Shown here: in pieces, positions 6,786-16,498 of the stretch | How positions within the stretch are numbered: position 1 is the stretch's first letter | Layout: each line of letters begins with the position of its first letter | Assembly: GCA_035692745.1 (NCBI GenBank) | Contig: DASSHR010000439.1 | Coordinates: forward strand, 1 to 33,321 | Source of the DNA: Candidatus Limnocylindrales bacterium | Lineage (GTDB): Bacteria; Chloroflexota; Limnocylindria; Limnocylindrales; CSP1-4 | Direction: 5' to 3' | DNA length: 33,321 bases | Position numbers and translations under genes: made by a program | The notes under the pieces: model-generated | Database searches by the model: none | What the model saw: only the letters and a program-made list of their open reading frames with translations | Told to the model about the DNA's origin: nothing

Positions 6786-8809
6786 GACCGACTCCGCGCG
6801 CCGGTGGCCGCACGCGCCGCGGCGAGGGCTTCGAACGGGGCCAACGCGGTCGGATCCGCGAGCGCATCGCGCGACGCCGCGACGTCAGGGGCGGCGCCGA
6901 GCAGGATCCGCTTCACCGGCACCTCCAGCTTCTTGCCCGACAGTGTGCGCGGGATTGCCGGAACCGCGGTGATGGAGTCCGGGACGTGCCGCGGCGAGAG
7001 GTCGTCGCGGAGGGCGGACCCGATCCGGCGTCGCAGCGCATCGTCCAGCGGCGCGCCGTCGCGCGTCGCGACGAACAGGAGGAGCTCGCCCGGGCCGCCG
7101 TCCGGATCCTCGAGGTGGACCACGAGGCTGTCGGCGATCTCGGGCAGCGCCTCGATGACGCCGTAGAACTCCGCCGTCCCGATCCGCACGCCGCCGCGCT
7201 TGAGCGTGGCGTCGCTGCGCCCGGACACGATGCACGAGCCGCGCTCGGTGATGGTCAGCCAGTCGCCATGACGCCAGACGCCCGGGTACGTCGCGAAGTA
7301 CGCCTCGCGAAGGCGCGAGCCATCCTCGTCGCCCCAGAAGCCGACCGGCATCGACGGCATGGGCGCGGTGATCACGAGCTCGCCCTCGCGTCCCACGACC
7401 GGGCGGCCGCCTTCGTCGAACGCCTCGACCTTCGCGCCGAGCATCCGGCAGCTGATCTCGCCGGCCCACACCGGCACGAGCGGCGACGGGCCGAGGAAGC
7501 CGGTGCACAGGTCCGTGCCGCCGCTGAGCGATCCGAGCTGGGCCGTCGATGACACGGCGTCGTGGACCCAGCGGAACCCCGCGGCCGGGAGCGGCGCACC
7601 GGTCGAGCCGACGCCGCGCAGCGCCGACAGGTCGCGCTCGCGGCCAGGTTCGAGGCCCGCCCTGCGGCAGCCCATGATGAACGGCGCCCCGAGCCCGAGG
7701 TACATCGTCCGGGTCTCCGCTGCGAGCTGCCACAGCGCGCCGAGGTCCGGCCATGCCGGGTTGCCGTCGAACGTGACGACCGTCGACCCGACCGCGAGCC
7801 CGCTGATCAGGTAGTTCCACATCATCCAGCCGGTCGTCGAGAACCACAGGAACCGGTCGGCCGGGCCGAGGTCCGTATGCAGCGCGAGCGCCTTCAGGTG
7901 CTCGAGCGTGATGCCGCCGTGGCCGTGAACGATCGGCTTCGGCAGCCCGGTCGTCCCCGACGAGTACAGGATGTACAGCGGGTGGTCGAACGGGACCGAC
8001 TCGAAGGCCAGCTCGCCTGCCTCGCCCAGGAGCTCCGACCAGGGCACGGCGTCGGCGATGCCCGCCGCCGCGGCGGGGTCGAGATACGGGAGGATCACCG
8101 TCGCCTCGAGCGACGGCAGCGCGGCACGGATCTCCGCCAGCTCAGCTGTCCGGTCGATCGCCTTGTCGCCGTAGCGGTAGCCATCGATCGCGAGCAGCAC
8201 CTTCGGCTCGATCTGGGCAAGCCGGTCGATCACCGCGCGAACGCCGAACTCCGGCGCGCACGACGACCAGATCGCCCCGAGGCTCGTGGTCGCGAGGAGC
8301 GCCACGATCGTCTCGGGGATGTTGGGCAGGTACGCGGCCACTCGGTCCCCCCGTGCGACGCCCAGCCGCACGAGGCCCGCCCGACAGCGGCCGACGGCGG
8401 CCCGCAGCTCGGCGGCGGTGAGCTCCGACGGCGGGCGCGACTGCGACCGTCCGATGACGACGACGTCGACGTCGGTCCGGCCCGGAAGCCGGAGCATCTG
8501 CTCCGCGTAGTTGAGCGTCGCCCCCGGGAACCAGCGCGCGCCCGGCATCCGGGCGTCGGCGAGGTCGGCAGTGGGCGGCTCGTGGGTCACGACCTCGAAG
8601 TGATCCCAGATGGAGCGCCAGAATGCGCCCGGCTCGTCGACCGACCAGCGCCACAGCGCGCCGTAGCCGTCGAAGTGCAGGTCGTTGGTCTGGCCGAGCC
8701 AGGCGAGGTACCGGCCCATGCGCGAGCGCTCGAGGACGTCGGGAGGCGGTGACCAGAGGATCTCGGGGCTCGTGCCGTCGCCGGCGTCGGCGGTCCGCTC
8801 GCTCGTCAC
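6782..8809 (-). CDS. acetoacetate-CoA ligase (acetoacetyl-CoA synthetase)
   Basis: 675 aa. ILWSPPPDVLERSRMGRYLAWL N-terminus and AMP-binding motif YSSGTTGLPKPIVHGHGG. Length and layout are typical of acetoacetyl-CoA synthetases. Confidence 0.9.
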   Translation of the reverse strand: MTSERTADAGDGTSPEILWSPPPDVLERSRMGRYLAWLGQTNDLHFDGYGALWRWSVDEPGAFWRSIWDHFEVVTHEPPTADLADARMPGARWFPGATLNYAEQMLRLPGRTDVDVVVIGRSQSRPPSELTAAELRAAVGRCRAGLVRLGVARGDRVAAYLPNIPETIVALLATTSLGAIWSSCAPEFGVRAVIDRLAQIEPKVLLAIDGYRYGDKAIDRTAELAEIRAALPSLEATVILPYLDPAAAAGIADAVPWSELLGEAGELAFESVPFDHPLYILYSSGTTGLPKPIVHGHGGITLEHLKALALHTDLGPADRFLWFSTTGWMMWNYLISGLAVGSTVVTFDGNPAWPDLGALWQLAAETRTMYLGLGAPFIMGCRRAGLEPGRERDLSALRGVGSTGAPLPAAGFRWVHDAVSSTAQLGSLSGGTDLCTGFLGPSPLVPVWAGEISCRMLGAKVEAFDEGGRPVVGREGELVITAPMPSMPVGFWGDEDGSRLREAYFATYPGVWRHGDWLTITERGSCIVSGRSDATLKRGGVRIGTAEFYGVIEALPEIADSLVVHLEDPDGGPGELLLFVATRDGAPLDDALRRRIGSALRDDLSPRHVPDSITAVPAIPRTLSGKKLEVPVKRILLGAAPDVAASRDALADPTALAPFEALAAARAATGARSRS

Positions 8810-8834
8810 CCGAGCACGGTAGCCGAAGTGGAGC

Positions 8835-9104
8835 TCAGGCCTTCACGCCCGCCCAGCGCTCGTACAGGACCGCGACCGACGTGCTCGTCTCGTAGCCGCT
8901 GCCCTCCTGCCCGAACGCCGTCCCCGCGTGGCGGAGCGGCATCGTCGTCATCGAGAGCATCCGAAGGCCGCTGTCGGCCCGAGCGGTCGCGTCAGCGGCG
9001 ATGCCGCTGAAGATCGCGACGGGATCGACTTCCGTGCCCACGTCCCCCGGAACGTACAGGACCAGGAGGTGATCCGGCCCGGCCTCGAACTCCTGCATGT
9101 CCAT
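8835..9104 (-). CDS. small hypothetical protein (89 aa), distal gene of the large operon
   Basis: Track ORF 8835-9314 trimmed to ATG 9104 (MDMQEFEAGPDHLLVLYVPGD...). GAGGAGG sits ~10 nt upstream. High GC3 and non-biased composition. I recognise no family. Confidence 0.55.
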   Translation of the reverse strand: MDMQEFEAGPDHLLVLYVPGDVGTEVDPVAIFSGIAADATARADSGLRMLSMTTMPLRHAGTAFGQEGSGYETSTSVAVLYERWAGVKA

Positions 9105-9124
9105 CTGGTCCTCGCCTCCTCGTC

Positions 9125-9158
9125 GCGGCCGCAGCGGCCGCAGCGGCTGAGCGGCCGA
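9125..9158. repeat. GC-rich 9-mer repeats / hairpin between the 1005-aa gene and the 89-aa gene
   Basis: gcggccgca gcggccgca gcggc tga gcggccga. GCGGCCG-CAG-CGGCCGC can fold as a 7-bp all-G:C stem with a 3-nt loop. Confidence 0.6.
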
Positions 9159-9159
9159 C

Positions 9160-12100
9160 CTACCCGCCGCGTGCTCGCTTCTTCGCCTCGCGCAGCCGCG
9201 CCAGCGTATCCATCGGCTCGGCCTCGGTCGAGGCCGGCGAAGCGCCCGCTGCGGATGCCGCTGTCGGGCTCGTGGTCGACGATGGCGCCGCGGCGGCCGA
9301 CGCCGCCGGCGCATCGACAGGCCTGGGCGCCGGTCCCGAGCCTGCCGGTCGGATCTCCTTCACGGCCGCCGGCGCGCCGGCGGCCGGGGCCGTCGGTCGT
9401 GTCTCCTCCGGTCGTCGAAGCAGTGCCGCGCGCGCCGAGCTGCCCGCTGCGCGCTCCCGTGCCGCCAGCATCCCTTCGCCGGCTGCCGTTCGGGGAGCCG
9501 CGGCGCCGCGTCCGCGCCAGCGCCGGCCGGCCCACGCCCGTGCGTCACGGAGCTCGCGCCGGCCCAACGACACGCGGCGCAGGGCCACGTCCAGCGGCCA
9601 CAGGAGCAGCGCCAGCACGAGCAGCCACGGCCAGAGCTCCGTGAATGACGAGGTCAGCTTGAGGTCGTGCACCCACGGGTCTGTGGCAAGGACGACCTCC
9701 TTGCCGCCCGTTGCGGATCGGAGTGCCGCCAGGAAGGGCACGTTGACGCCGAGGATCCGGTACTCCGCGGCCACGGGCTCCACCAGCCCGACCGTCCGCC
9801 CCAGCGGCGCCGCGCCGGATCGCGTCTGCGTGATCCGGATCGCATACGCGCCGGAGTCGATCTCGCCGAGATCCTGCTCGTACACGCCCGGCGCGACCTG
9901 GTCGAGCGTCACGTCGTGCGCGGCGAGGTCCGGCCCGACCACGGACGCGAACGTCTGGTAGAAGTCGCGCGGCGAGCCGTCCGCCTCGACGCTCTCGACG
10001 TGCAGCCGCGTCCGGCCGTCGAGCGTCTCGAATCGCGCTTCGATGCCCGCGGTCTCCTCGCCCGGGAACGTCCAGCTGACGAGCTGGCTGAAGAAGCGCG
10101 TGAACCCGCTCCAGCCGACCCAGTTCTTCGCCCATCGACCGGTGGAATCCGACGTCCACGCGACCGATCGGCCCAGGCCGTACTGCCACTGGGCGAGGAT
10201 CGGGTCGTCGCGCGTCGAGACGAGCACCTGCTGCGCCGCCGACTTCAGCGTCGTGCCGTCGTAGCCCAGCAGGCGCGGGAGGCCGTCCTCGAGGCCGTGG
10301 ATGATCGGGGAATCGCTCGTCTGGATCGGGAAGAACGGCTCCTCGACGATCTGCTGGCCCGCGACCTGCTGCGTCTCCTTGAGGAAGATGTCGGGGATCG
10401 AGGCCGGGTTCGTCGCGGCGTAGAAGCGGCCGCCACCCTGCGTCGCGAGGTCCTGGAGGAACGGGTTCGCGCCGCCGCCCGCGCCGACCGTCGAGAGCGT
10501 GATCCCGTCGGCCTTCATCTTCGCCAGGATGTCCGTGTACTCCCCGGAGCGCGACCAGCCGTCGGTCAAGAGGATGATGTGGCGCCGCGTCGCCGACACC
10601 TTCTCGAGCGAATCGACCGCCTGGGTCAGGCCCGCGAAGATGTTCGTTGTGCCGAGCGGCTGGATGCCGCCGATCGCGCCTTCGAGATCCGTGACATTGC
10701 CGAGGGGCTGCGTCTGGACGACCCAGTGGGCCGAATCGTCGAACGCCACGACGCCCAGCTCGTCCTTGGCCGACAGGGCAGCAGCCGCGCGCAGGATTGC
10801 CTCCTTGCCGATGTCGACCTTGCGCACGCCCTGCAGCTGCCCGCCGCCGCCCTGGCCGCCGTTGAACGAGTTGCAGTGGCAGGCATCCATCGAGCCGGAC
10901 TTGTCGATGACGACGACGAGTGCGATGTCCGGCTCCTTCTGCCGGTTGCGGACGCCCATGTCCACCGGCAGCAGCTCCTCCATCGGCGTCTTCGTGTAGC
11001 CGCCGGCCCCGTAGGCGTTCGGCCCGCCGATCATCACGAGGCCCCGGCCGAGGGTCTGCACGTACGCCTGCATCGCGAGCAGCTGCTTGTCGTTGAAGCG
11101 GATCCGCGGGACGTCGACGACCACGATGCTGTCGTAATCCAGGAGGTCGACCGGATTCTCGGAGATGGCCTCGGGCACGAGCGTGTCCACGACCTGGCCT
11201 TCCTGCTCGAGCGCCGCGACCAGCTCCGCGCCGACCGCCTCGTTGCCCGGCAGGACCAGGATCTTCGGCACGCCCTTCACGATCGTGTTCGAGTCGGCGC
11301 GGTCGTTCTGGCTGAACGTGTCCTGCGCCGCTTCGACCGTGGCGCGGAAGATGATGAAGCCGGGGCTGTCGAGCCTGAGCGCGCACGGATCGACCGCGTT
11401 CGGGCAGGAGAACGTCACCCGGTTTGCGCCGGGCTTGAGGTCGACGCGCTGGACACCGACCTGGGCGCCGTTCATGAACAGCCGCACGGTGGCCGGCTGC
11501 GCCACGCTCGACGTGATGTCGGCCACGGCATCGATCTGCTCGTGGATCTTCGCCGTCGATGGGGTGGTCAGCCGATCGACGAGCACCTCGTCGCGATCGA
11601 CGAGGCCGATCACCTTCGTCTCGATCTGGATGCCCCGCGCCGCGGCGAGCGCCGCTTCCCGCTGGCCGCGTCCCGTCGTGTCGTTGCCGTCGGAGACGAG
11701 GACGATGCGCTTCTGCGAGGCGTCCGGGAACAGCGCCGACGCGAGCCGGAGCGCCTCGCCGATGTCGGTCGCGCCCTGTACGGGTGCGCTCCGCAGCCGG
11801 TCGATGTCGCGGACCTCCTCGGGCAGCCGTTCGACGAGCGCGTCCTTGCCGAACGCGACGATGCCCGCCTGGTCGCCCTCGGGCATGACGTCGAGCGTCT
11901 CGCGCAGGAACGCGAGCGCGTTCTCGCGGCCGGCCTCGCCCACGCTGTCCGAGAGGTCCACGACGAACACGGTCGCGAGGCGATCGACCGGCAGCACGAG
12001 CTGGAAGCCCGCGAGGGCGAGGACGAGGGCGGAGAGCAGCAGCGTCCGGATCCCCACCGCGGCGCGCCGCCGGCCCGCACCGATTCGCCGGCGCGCGGCG

Positions 12101-12177
12101 AGGTACGGGATGAACGTGATCAGCAGTGCCGGCACCAGCAGGAGGAGCCAGAGCGGCGTTTCGAAGCGGAGGCCCAT
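9160..12177 (-). CDS. BatA-N-terminal double-TM + two VWA domains + GATase1-like module, C-terminal TM (1005 aa)
   Basis: Start ATG 12177 shares its A with the upstream stop (TGATG). N-terminus MGLRFETPLWLLLLVPALLITFIPYL. MIDAS 1 VVDLSDSV...LVSDGNDT. MIDAS 2 VVIDKSGSM...ILLTDGWS. YDSIVVVDV...GRGLVMIGG module. TM LWPWLLVLALLLWPL followed by an Ala/Pro-rich tail. Confidence 0.85.
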   Translation of the reverse strand: MGLRFETPLWLLLLVPALLITFIPYLAARRRIGAGRRRAAVGIRTLLLSALVLALAGFQLVLPVDRLATVFVVDLSDSVGEAGRENALAFLRETLDVMPEGDQAGIVAFGKDALVERLPEEVRDIDRLRSAPVQGATDIGEALRLASALFPDASQKRIVLVSDGNDTTGRGQREAALAAARGIQIETKVIGLVDRDEVLVDRLTTPSTAKIHEQIDAVADITSSVAQPATVRLFMNGAQVGVQRVDLKPGANRVTFSCPNAVDPCALRLDSPGFIIFRATVEAAQDTFSQNDRADSNTIVKGVPKILVLPGNEAVGAELVAALEQEGQVVDTLVPEAISENPVDLLDYDSIVVVDVPRIRFNDKQLLAMQAYVQTLGRGLVMIGGPNAYGAGGYTKTPMEELLPVDMGVRNRQKEPDIALVVVIDKSGSMDACHCNSFNGGQGGGGQLQGVRKVDIGKEAILRAAAALSAKDELGVVAFDDSAHWVVQTQPLGNVTDLEGAIGGIQPLGTTNIFAGLTQAVDSLEKVSATRRHIILLTDGWSRSGEYTDILAKMKADGITLSTVGAGGGANPFLQDLATQGGGRFYAATNPASIPDIFLKETQQVAGQQIVEEPFFPIQTSDSPIIHGLEDGLPRLLGYDGTTLKSAAQQVLVSTRDDPILAQWQYGLGRSVAWTSDSTGRWAKNWVGWSGFTRFFSQLVSWTFPGEETAGIEARFETLDGRTRLHVESVEADGSPRDFYQTFASVVGPDLAAHDVTLDQVAPGVYEQDLGEIDSGAYAIRITQTRSGAAPLGRTVGLVEPVAAEYRILGVNVPFLAALRSATGGKEVVLATDPWVHDLKLTSSFTELWPWLLVLALLLWPLDVALRRVSLGRRELRDARAWAGRRWRGRGAAAPRTAAGEGMLAARERAAGSSARAALLRRPEETRPTAPAAGAPAAVKEIRPAGSGPAPRPVDAPAASAAAAPSSTTSPTAASAAGASPASTEAEPMDTLARLREAKKRARGG

Positions 12178-14405
12178 CAGCGCGCGCTCCGTCCGCCTGC
12201 GGGGCCGGGCCCGGCAGGTCCCGACGCCCTGGGCGCAGCCGACAGGGCGCCGCGACCGCGCAGCCCGCGCCACAGCCGCGTGACCGCGTCACGGTGGTAG
12301 ACGAGCCACTCGAGGAGCAGGGCCGCAATGACAATGAGCACGATCAGGACCCAGAGCTCGTCGCGCGCCATGGGCTGGGCCGTGCCCGCGCCGGTGCCCG
12401 GCGTTCCAGAGGCGCCCGGCGCGAGCGTCGGCACGGGACCGGCGGAGGCCGTGGGCGCCGGGGAGGCGCCGGACTCGCCCGGTGTCGCCTGCGGCCCGGC
12501 CCTGCCGAGCGCGACGATAGCGTCAGGGGAGCCGGGCGCGATGTTCGATTCGCCGGCGTCGAACAGGTCGACCGCGAACCTGACGGGCGCATTCGGATCC
12601 GGCGGCGGCGACGTCGGCGCCGGGGTGGGAGTGGCGCCCGGCGCCAGGGTGGGCGGTGGACCGGAGGTCGCCGGGGTCGGCGCCGTGGTGGGAGCGGCCG
12701 CGCTTCCCGACGGCCCCGGCGTGGCGTTGGGGAACATCGGAGATGCGGAGTACACGCCCAGGAGATCCGTCTGGCTGAAGATCACGGACGGCGCACCGAC
12801 CGTTGCCGGCACCAGCTCCACTGTGCTGCCATCCGGCCGCGTGACCATGACCGAGGACGCGCCGGACGGCACCGGCAGCGTCACGGGATCGCCCGGCGCA
12901 AGGGCATCGGAGGGCGCCGCGGACGCCCCGAGCAGCTCGCCCGAGAGGTTCGCCATGAGCAGCGGGAAGGCGACCTGGAGCGGCAGGTCGGAGTTCCGCG
13001 GCAGGAACGCGAGCACGCCGGCTTTGCGCCCGTTCAGCTCCCCGACGTAGAGCAGTGGCGAGCCGGCCGGGCCGGGGATGACCGTCCGCGCCCACGTGGG
13101 CTGGACGAGCTTCGTCGCCTTGCCGATGTGGACGCTGGACAGGTCCACGTACTTGAGGATCGGCTCGTCCGGCGACGTGGTTCCGATCCCGGGATCGGTG
13201 AGCGTCCCGGCCACCTCGCCGAGATCGCTCGAGCTCGGGGGCGCGACCGCCAGCACGGCGGCTCTCGGCAGCTCGGGCGGCAGGAAGCCCTCGAAGATGA
13301 TCAGGTCGAAGAGCTCGGGGTGCGTGTCCGGGCCGTACTTCTCGGGCGCCACGCCGTACAGCTCGGTGTGCGGCAGGTACGTCAGTGCGGTCTCGAGGTA
13401 CGGGTCGCCCTGCCCGACGAGCAGGACCCGTCGCAGCCGGTCCGGGGGCACGACCGCCCACGCGCGGTCGTCGAGGGCCAGCGCATCCGGCGTGTCGGTC
13501 TCGGGCTCGCCGGTCGCGCTCGTGAGCCGGACCTCGATGACCGAGATGCCCGGCTTGACGTCGTCGAGGATGGCCTCCGTGCGGGTCTGCGGGTCGAGCG
13601 GCGGCAGGTCGCGGGATTCGAGGAGCACGCCGTCGCCGTAGATCTTCAGCGTGCGCTTCGCGGGTTCGAGGTCGAGGTTGGCCACGCTCACGAACACGGA
13701 CCGCGTGACGCCCGACGAGGACGCGCGAACCGCGAGCGCGACGATGGCCTGGTTTTTCGCCTCCCGCCCGACCTGGATGACCTTGACCTCGTGGTTCACC
13801 GACGTCGCCGGCTTGATCGCGAGGGCGGCGTCGGTCGCCACGAGGATGTCTGCATCACCGGCGCGCGAGGCCAGCGCGTCGGCCAGGTTGAGCGCGTCAC
13901 CGAGGTCGCCCGTCGATGGTGAGACGCTGATCGAGTCGATGGCCGCCCGGACGCGGCCGAGATCGGTGGTGCCGCTGACGACGACCCGGGCCGTCCGTCC
14001 CGCGGCGATGACGCTGACGGTGCCACCCGCCGGCAGCTCCTTCAGCGCCTCGATCACCTTGTCCTTCGCCTGCTGGAGCCGCGTCGGCGGGGTGTCGGTG
14101 GAGCCCATGCTCGCGGAGGTGTCCATGACGATGACGACGTCGCCGGCGAGGCCCGCCGGGCGCTCGACGAACGGCCGCGCGGCGAGGATCGCGAGCAGCG
14201 CCACCAGCAGCAGCTGGAGCAGGAGCAGCAGGGATCGCCGCAGCTTCTGCCAGGGCGCATTCGCCTCGACGTCCGTCAGCAGGCGCTTCCACAGGAGCGT
14301 CGACGGCACGACCTGCTCGTCGCGCCGCAGCTTGAGCAGGTACATCGCCACGACGACGGGCAGGAACAGCAATCCCAGCAGCGCGAGCGGGGAGAGGAAG
14401 CTCAC
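12177..14405 (-). CDS. BatA-type membrane protein with one VWA domain and C-terminal TM (742 aa)
   Basis: GTG 14405 overlaps the DUF58 stop (GTGA). VSFLSPLALLGLLFLPVVVAMYLLKLRR (aerotolerance-regulator N-terminal type). MIDAS VIVMDTSASM. Pro/Thr/Ala-rich linker, then TM LWVLIVLIVIAALLLEWLVY. Confidence 0.85.
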   Translation of the reverse strand: MSFLSPLALLGLLFLPVVVAMYLLKLRRDEQVVPSTLLWKRLLTDVEANAPWQKLRRSLLLLLQLLLVALLAILAARPFVERPAGLAGDVVIVMDTSASMGSTDTPPTRLQQAKDKVIEALKELPAGGTVSVIAAGRTARVVVSGTTDLGRVRAAIDSISVSPSTGDLGDALNLADALASRAGDADILVATDAALAIKPATSVNHEVKVIQVGREAKNQAIVALAVRASSSGVTRSVFVSVANLDLEPAKRTLKIYGDGVLLESRDLPPLDPQTRTEAILDDVKPGISVIEVRLTSATGEPETDTPDALALDDRAWAVVPPDRLRRVLLVGQGDPYLETALTYLPHTELYGVAPEKYGPDTHPELFDLIIFEGFLPPELPRAAVLAVAPPSSSDLGEVAGTLTDPGIGTTSPDEPILKYVDLSSVHIGKATKLVQPTWARTVIPGPAGSPLLYVGELNGRKAGVLAFLPRNSDLPLQVAFPLLMANLSGELLGASAAPSDALAPGDPVTLPVPSGASSVMVTRPDGSTVELVPATVGAPSVIFSQTDLLGVYSASPMFPNATPGPSGSAAAPTTAPTPATSGPPPTLAPGATPTPAPTSPPPDPNAPVRFAVDLFDAGESNIAPGSPDAIVALGRAGPQATPGESGASPAPTASAGPVPTLAPGASGTPGTGAGTAQPMARDELWVLIVLIVIAALLLEWLVYHRDAVTRLWRGLRGRGALSAAPRASGPAGPGPAGGRSAR

Positions 14406-15397
14406 GCGAGCACTCGGCGGCGGCGGAGCTCCGCGAACACCAGGTCGGCGAGCGGCACGTCCGTGGACAGCGGCACGTACGTCGCCCCGCGCTTGCCGGC
14501 GAGGTCCGCGAAGCCCTCCTGCCACGCTGCCAGGCGGGCCTTGTAGTCGTCGATCGTCGCGAGGTCGACGGTCACGTCGAGCCCGTCCCCGGATTCGACG
14601 TCGACGAGCCGCATGTCGCCTTCGAGCACGGGATCGAGCTCCTCGGGCGAGAGGACGTGCAGGATGATCAGCTCCGAGCCGGTGGCGGCCAGCTCGCGGA
14701 CCACCTTGTCGGCGCCCGGGTCCAGCAGGTCGGAGATCAGGATCAGGACGCCACGGCCGCTCAGCTGCGCTCCGGCGTGGCGCGCGGCCACGAGCAGGTC
14801 CGTGGTCCCGTCCGCCGCGGGCATCGACGACAGCGCTGACAGGAGACGGAAGACGCGACCCGAACCGCGGAGCGCGACCTGCCGGCGTCCCGCCCGACCG
14901 GCAAGCGCCGTGACGGCGACGCGATCCTCGGAGGCGAGGCCGATGTACCCGAGTGCCGCCGCGGCGCGCTTTGCGAACAGCAGCTTGGCCGGCGTTCCGG
15001 CGGCCATCGACGCCGAGCAGTCGATGAGGAAGCTGATGGTGACGTCCTCTTCCTCGACATACAGCTTGATGAACAGCTTCTCGAGGCGGGCGAGGACGTT
15101 CCAGTCGAGCTGGCGGAGGTCGTCGCCGAGCGAGTAGTCGCGGAAATCGGCGAACTCGACCGACTGGCCGCGCTTCACGGATCGCCGGCCGCCCTTCAGG
15201 CCGCCCCGGACGGGCTTCTTCATGACCAGGAGCAGCCGTTCCAGCTGGCGAAGGAAGCCCTCGTCGAACACCGTTGGGTCGATCTCGGACGGCAGGAACG
15301 CGGGCTTCTCGGAGCGCGCCGTCGGACGCCCATCCGGGCGCGCTTCCGTGCGCTGGGCGGGCGGCAGTGGTTCGGGGTTGAGGACCTGGTCCGTCAT
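14402..15397 (-). CDS. DUF58 domain protein (VWA-like, MoxR partner)
   Basis: FADFRDYSLGDDLRQLDWNVLARLEKLFIKLYVEEED and FLIDCSASM are classic DUF58 signatures. Confidence 0.9.
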   Translation of the reverse strand: MTDQVLNPEPLPPAQRTEARPDGRPTARSEKPAFLPSEIDPTVFDEGFLRQLERLLLVMKKPVRGGLKGGRRSVKRGQSVEFADFRDYSLGDDLRQLDWNVLARLEKLFIKLYVEEEDVTISFLIDCSASMAAGTPAKLLFAKRAAAALGYIGLASEDRVAVTALAGRAGRRQVALRGSGRVFRLLSALSSMPAADGTTDLLVAARHAGAQLSGRGVLILISDLLDPGADKVVRELAATGSELIILHVLSPEELDPVLEGDMRLVDVESGDGLDVTVDLATIDDYKARLAAWQEGFADLAGKRGATYVPLSTDVPLADLVFAELRRRRVLA

Positions 15398-15445
15398 GCG
15401 CTGCTCGAGGCGGGGTGGCGCGCGCTCGGCGCGGTGCCGTCCGCC

Positions 15446-16471
<1,026 letters not shown>

Positions 16472-16498
16472 GCGTAGCCTCCGTCGACCGCCGGGCGG

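Noticed and set aside
5518-6867. 449-aa minus-strand ORF, plus the 5667-6414 plus-strand ORFs, across the sortase/lipoprotein region
   Set aside because: They have Arg/Pro/Gly-rich shadow composition. The alternative frames contain a lipobox signal peptide and sortase-like motifs.
9545-12334. 929-aa minus-strand ORF and the 877-aa plus-strand ORF (9667-12300) overlapping the double-VWA gene
   Set aside because: Their composition is extremely Arg/Gly/Pro/Asp-rich with no recognisable motifs. The third frame (9160-12273) carries BatA-N, two MIDAS/VWA domains and TM helices. These are shadow ORFs typical of high-GC DNA.
12126-13922. 598-aa plus-strand ORF, and the 12523-13461 minus-strand ORF, over the 742-aa BatA/VWA gene
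   Set aside because: They have Arg/Gly-dominated composition and no motifs. The real frame has BatA-N, MIDAS and a C-terminal TM, and is start-coupled to DUF58.
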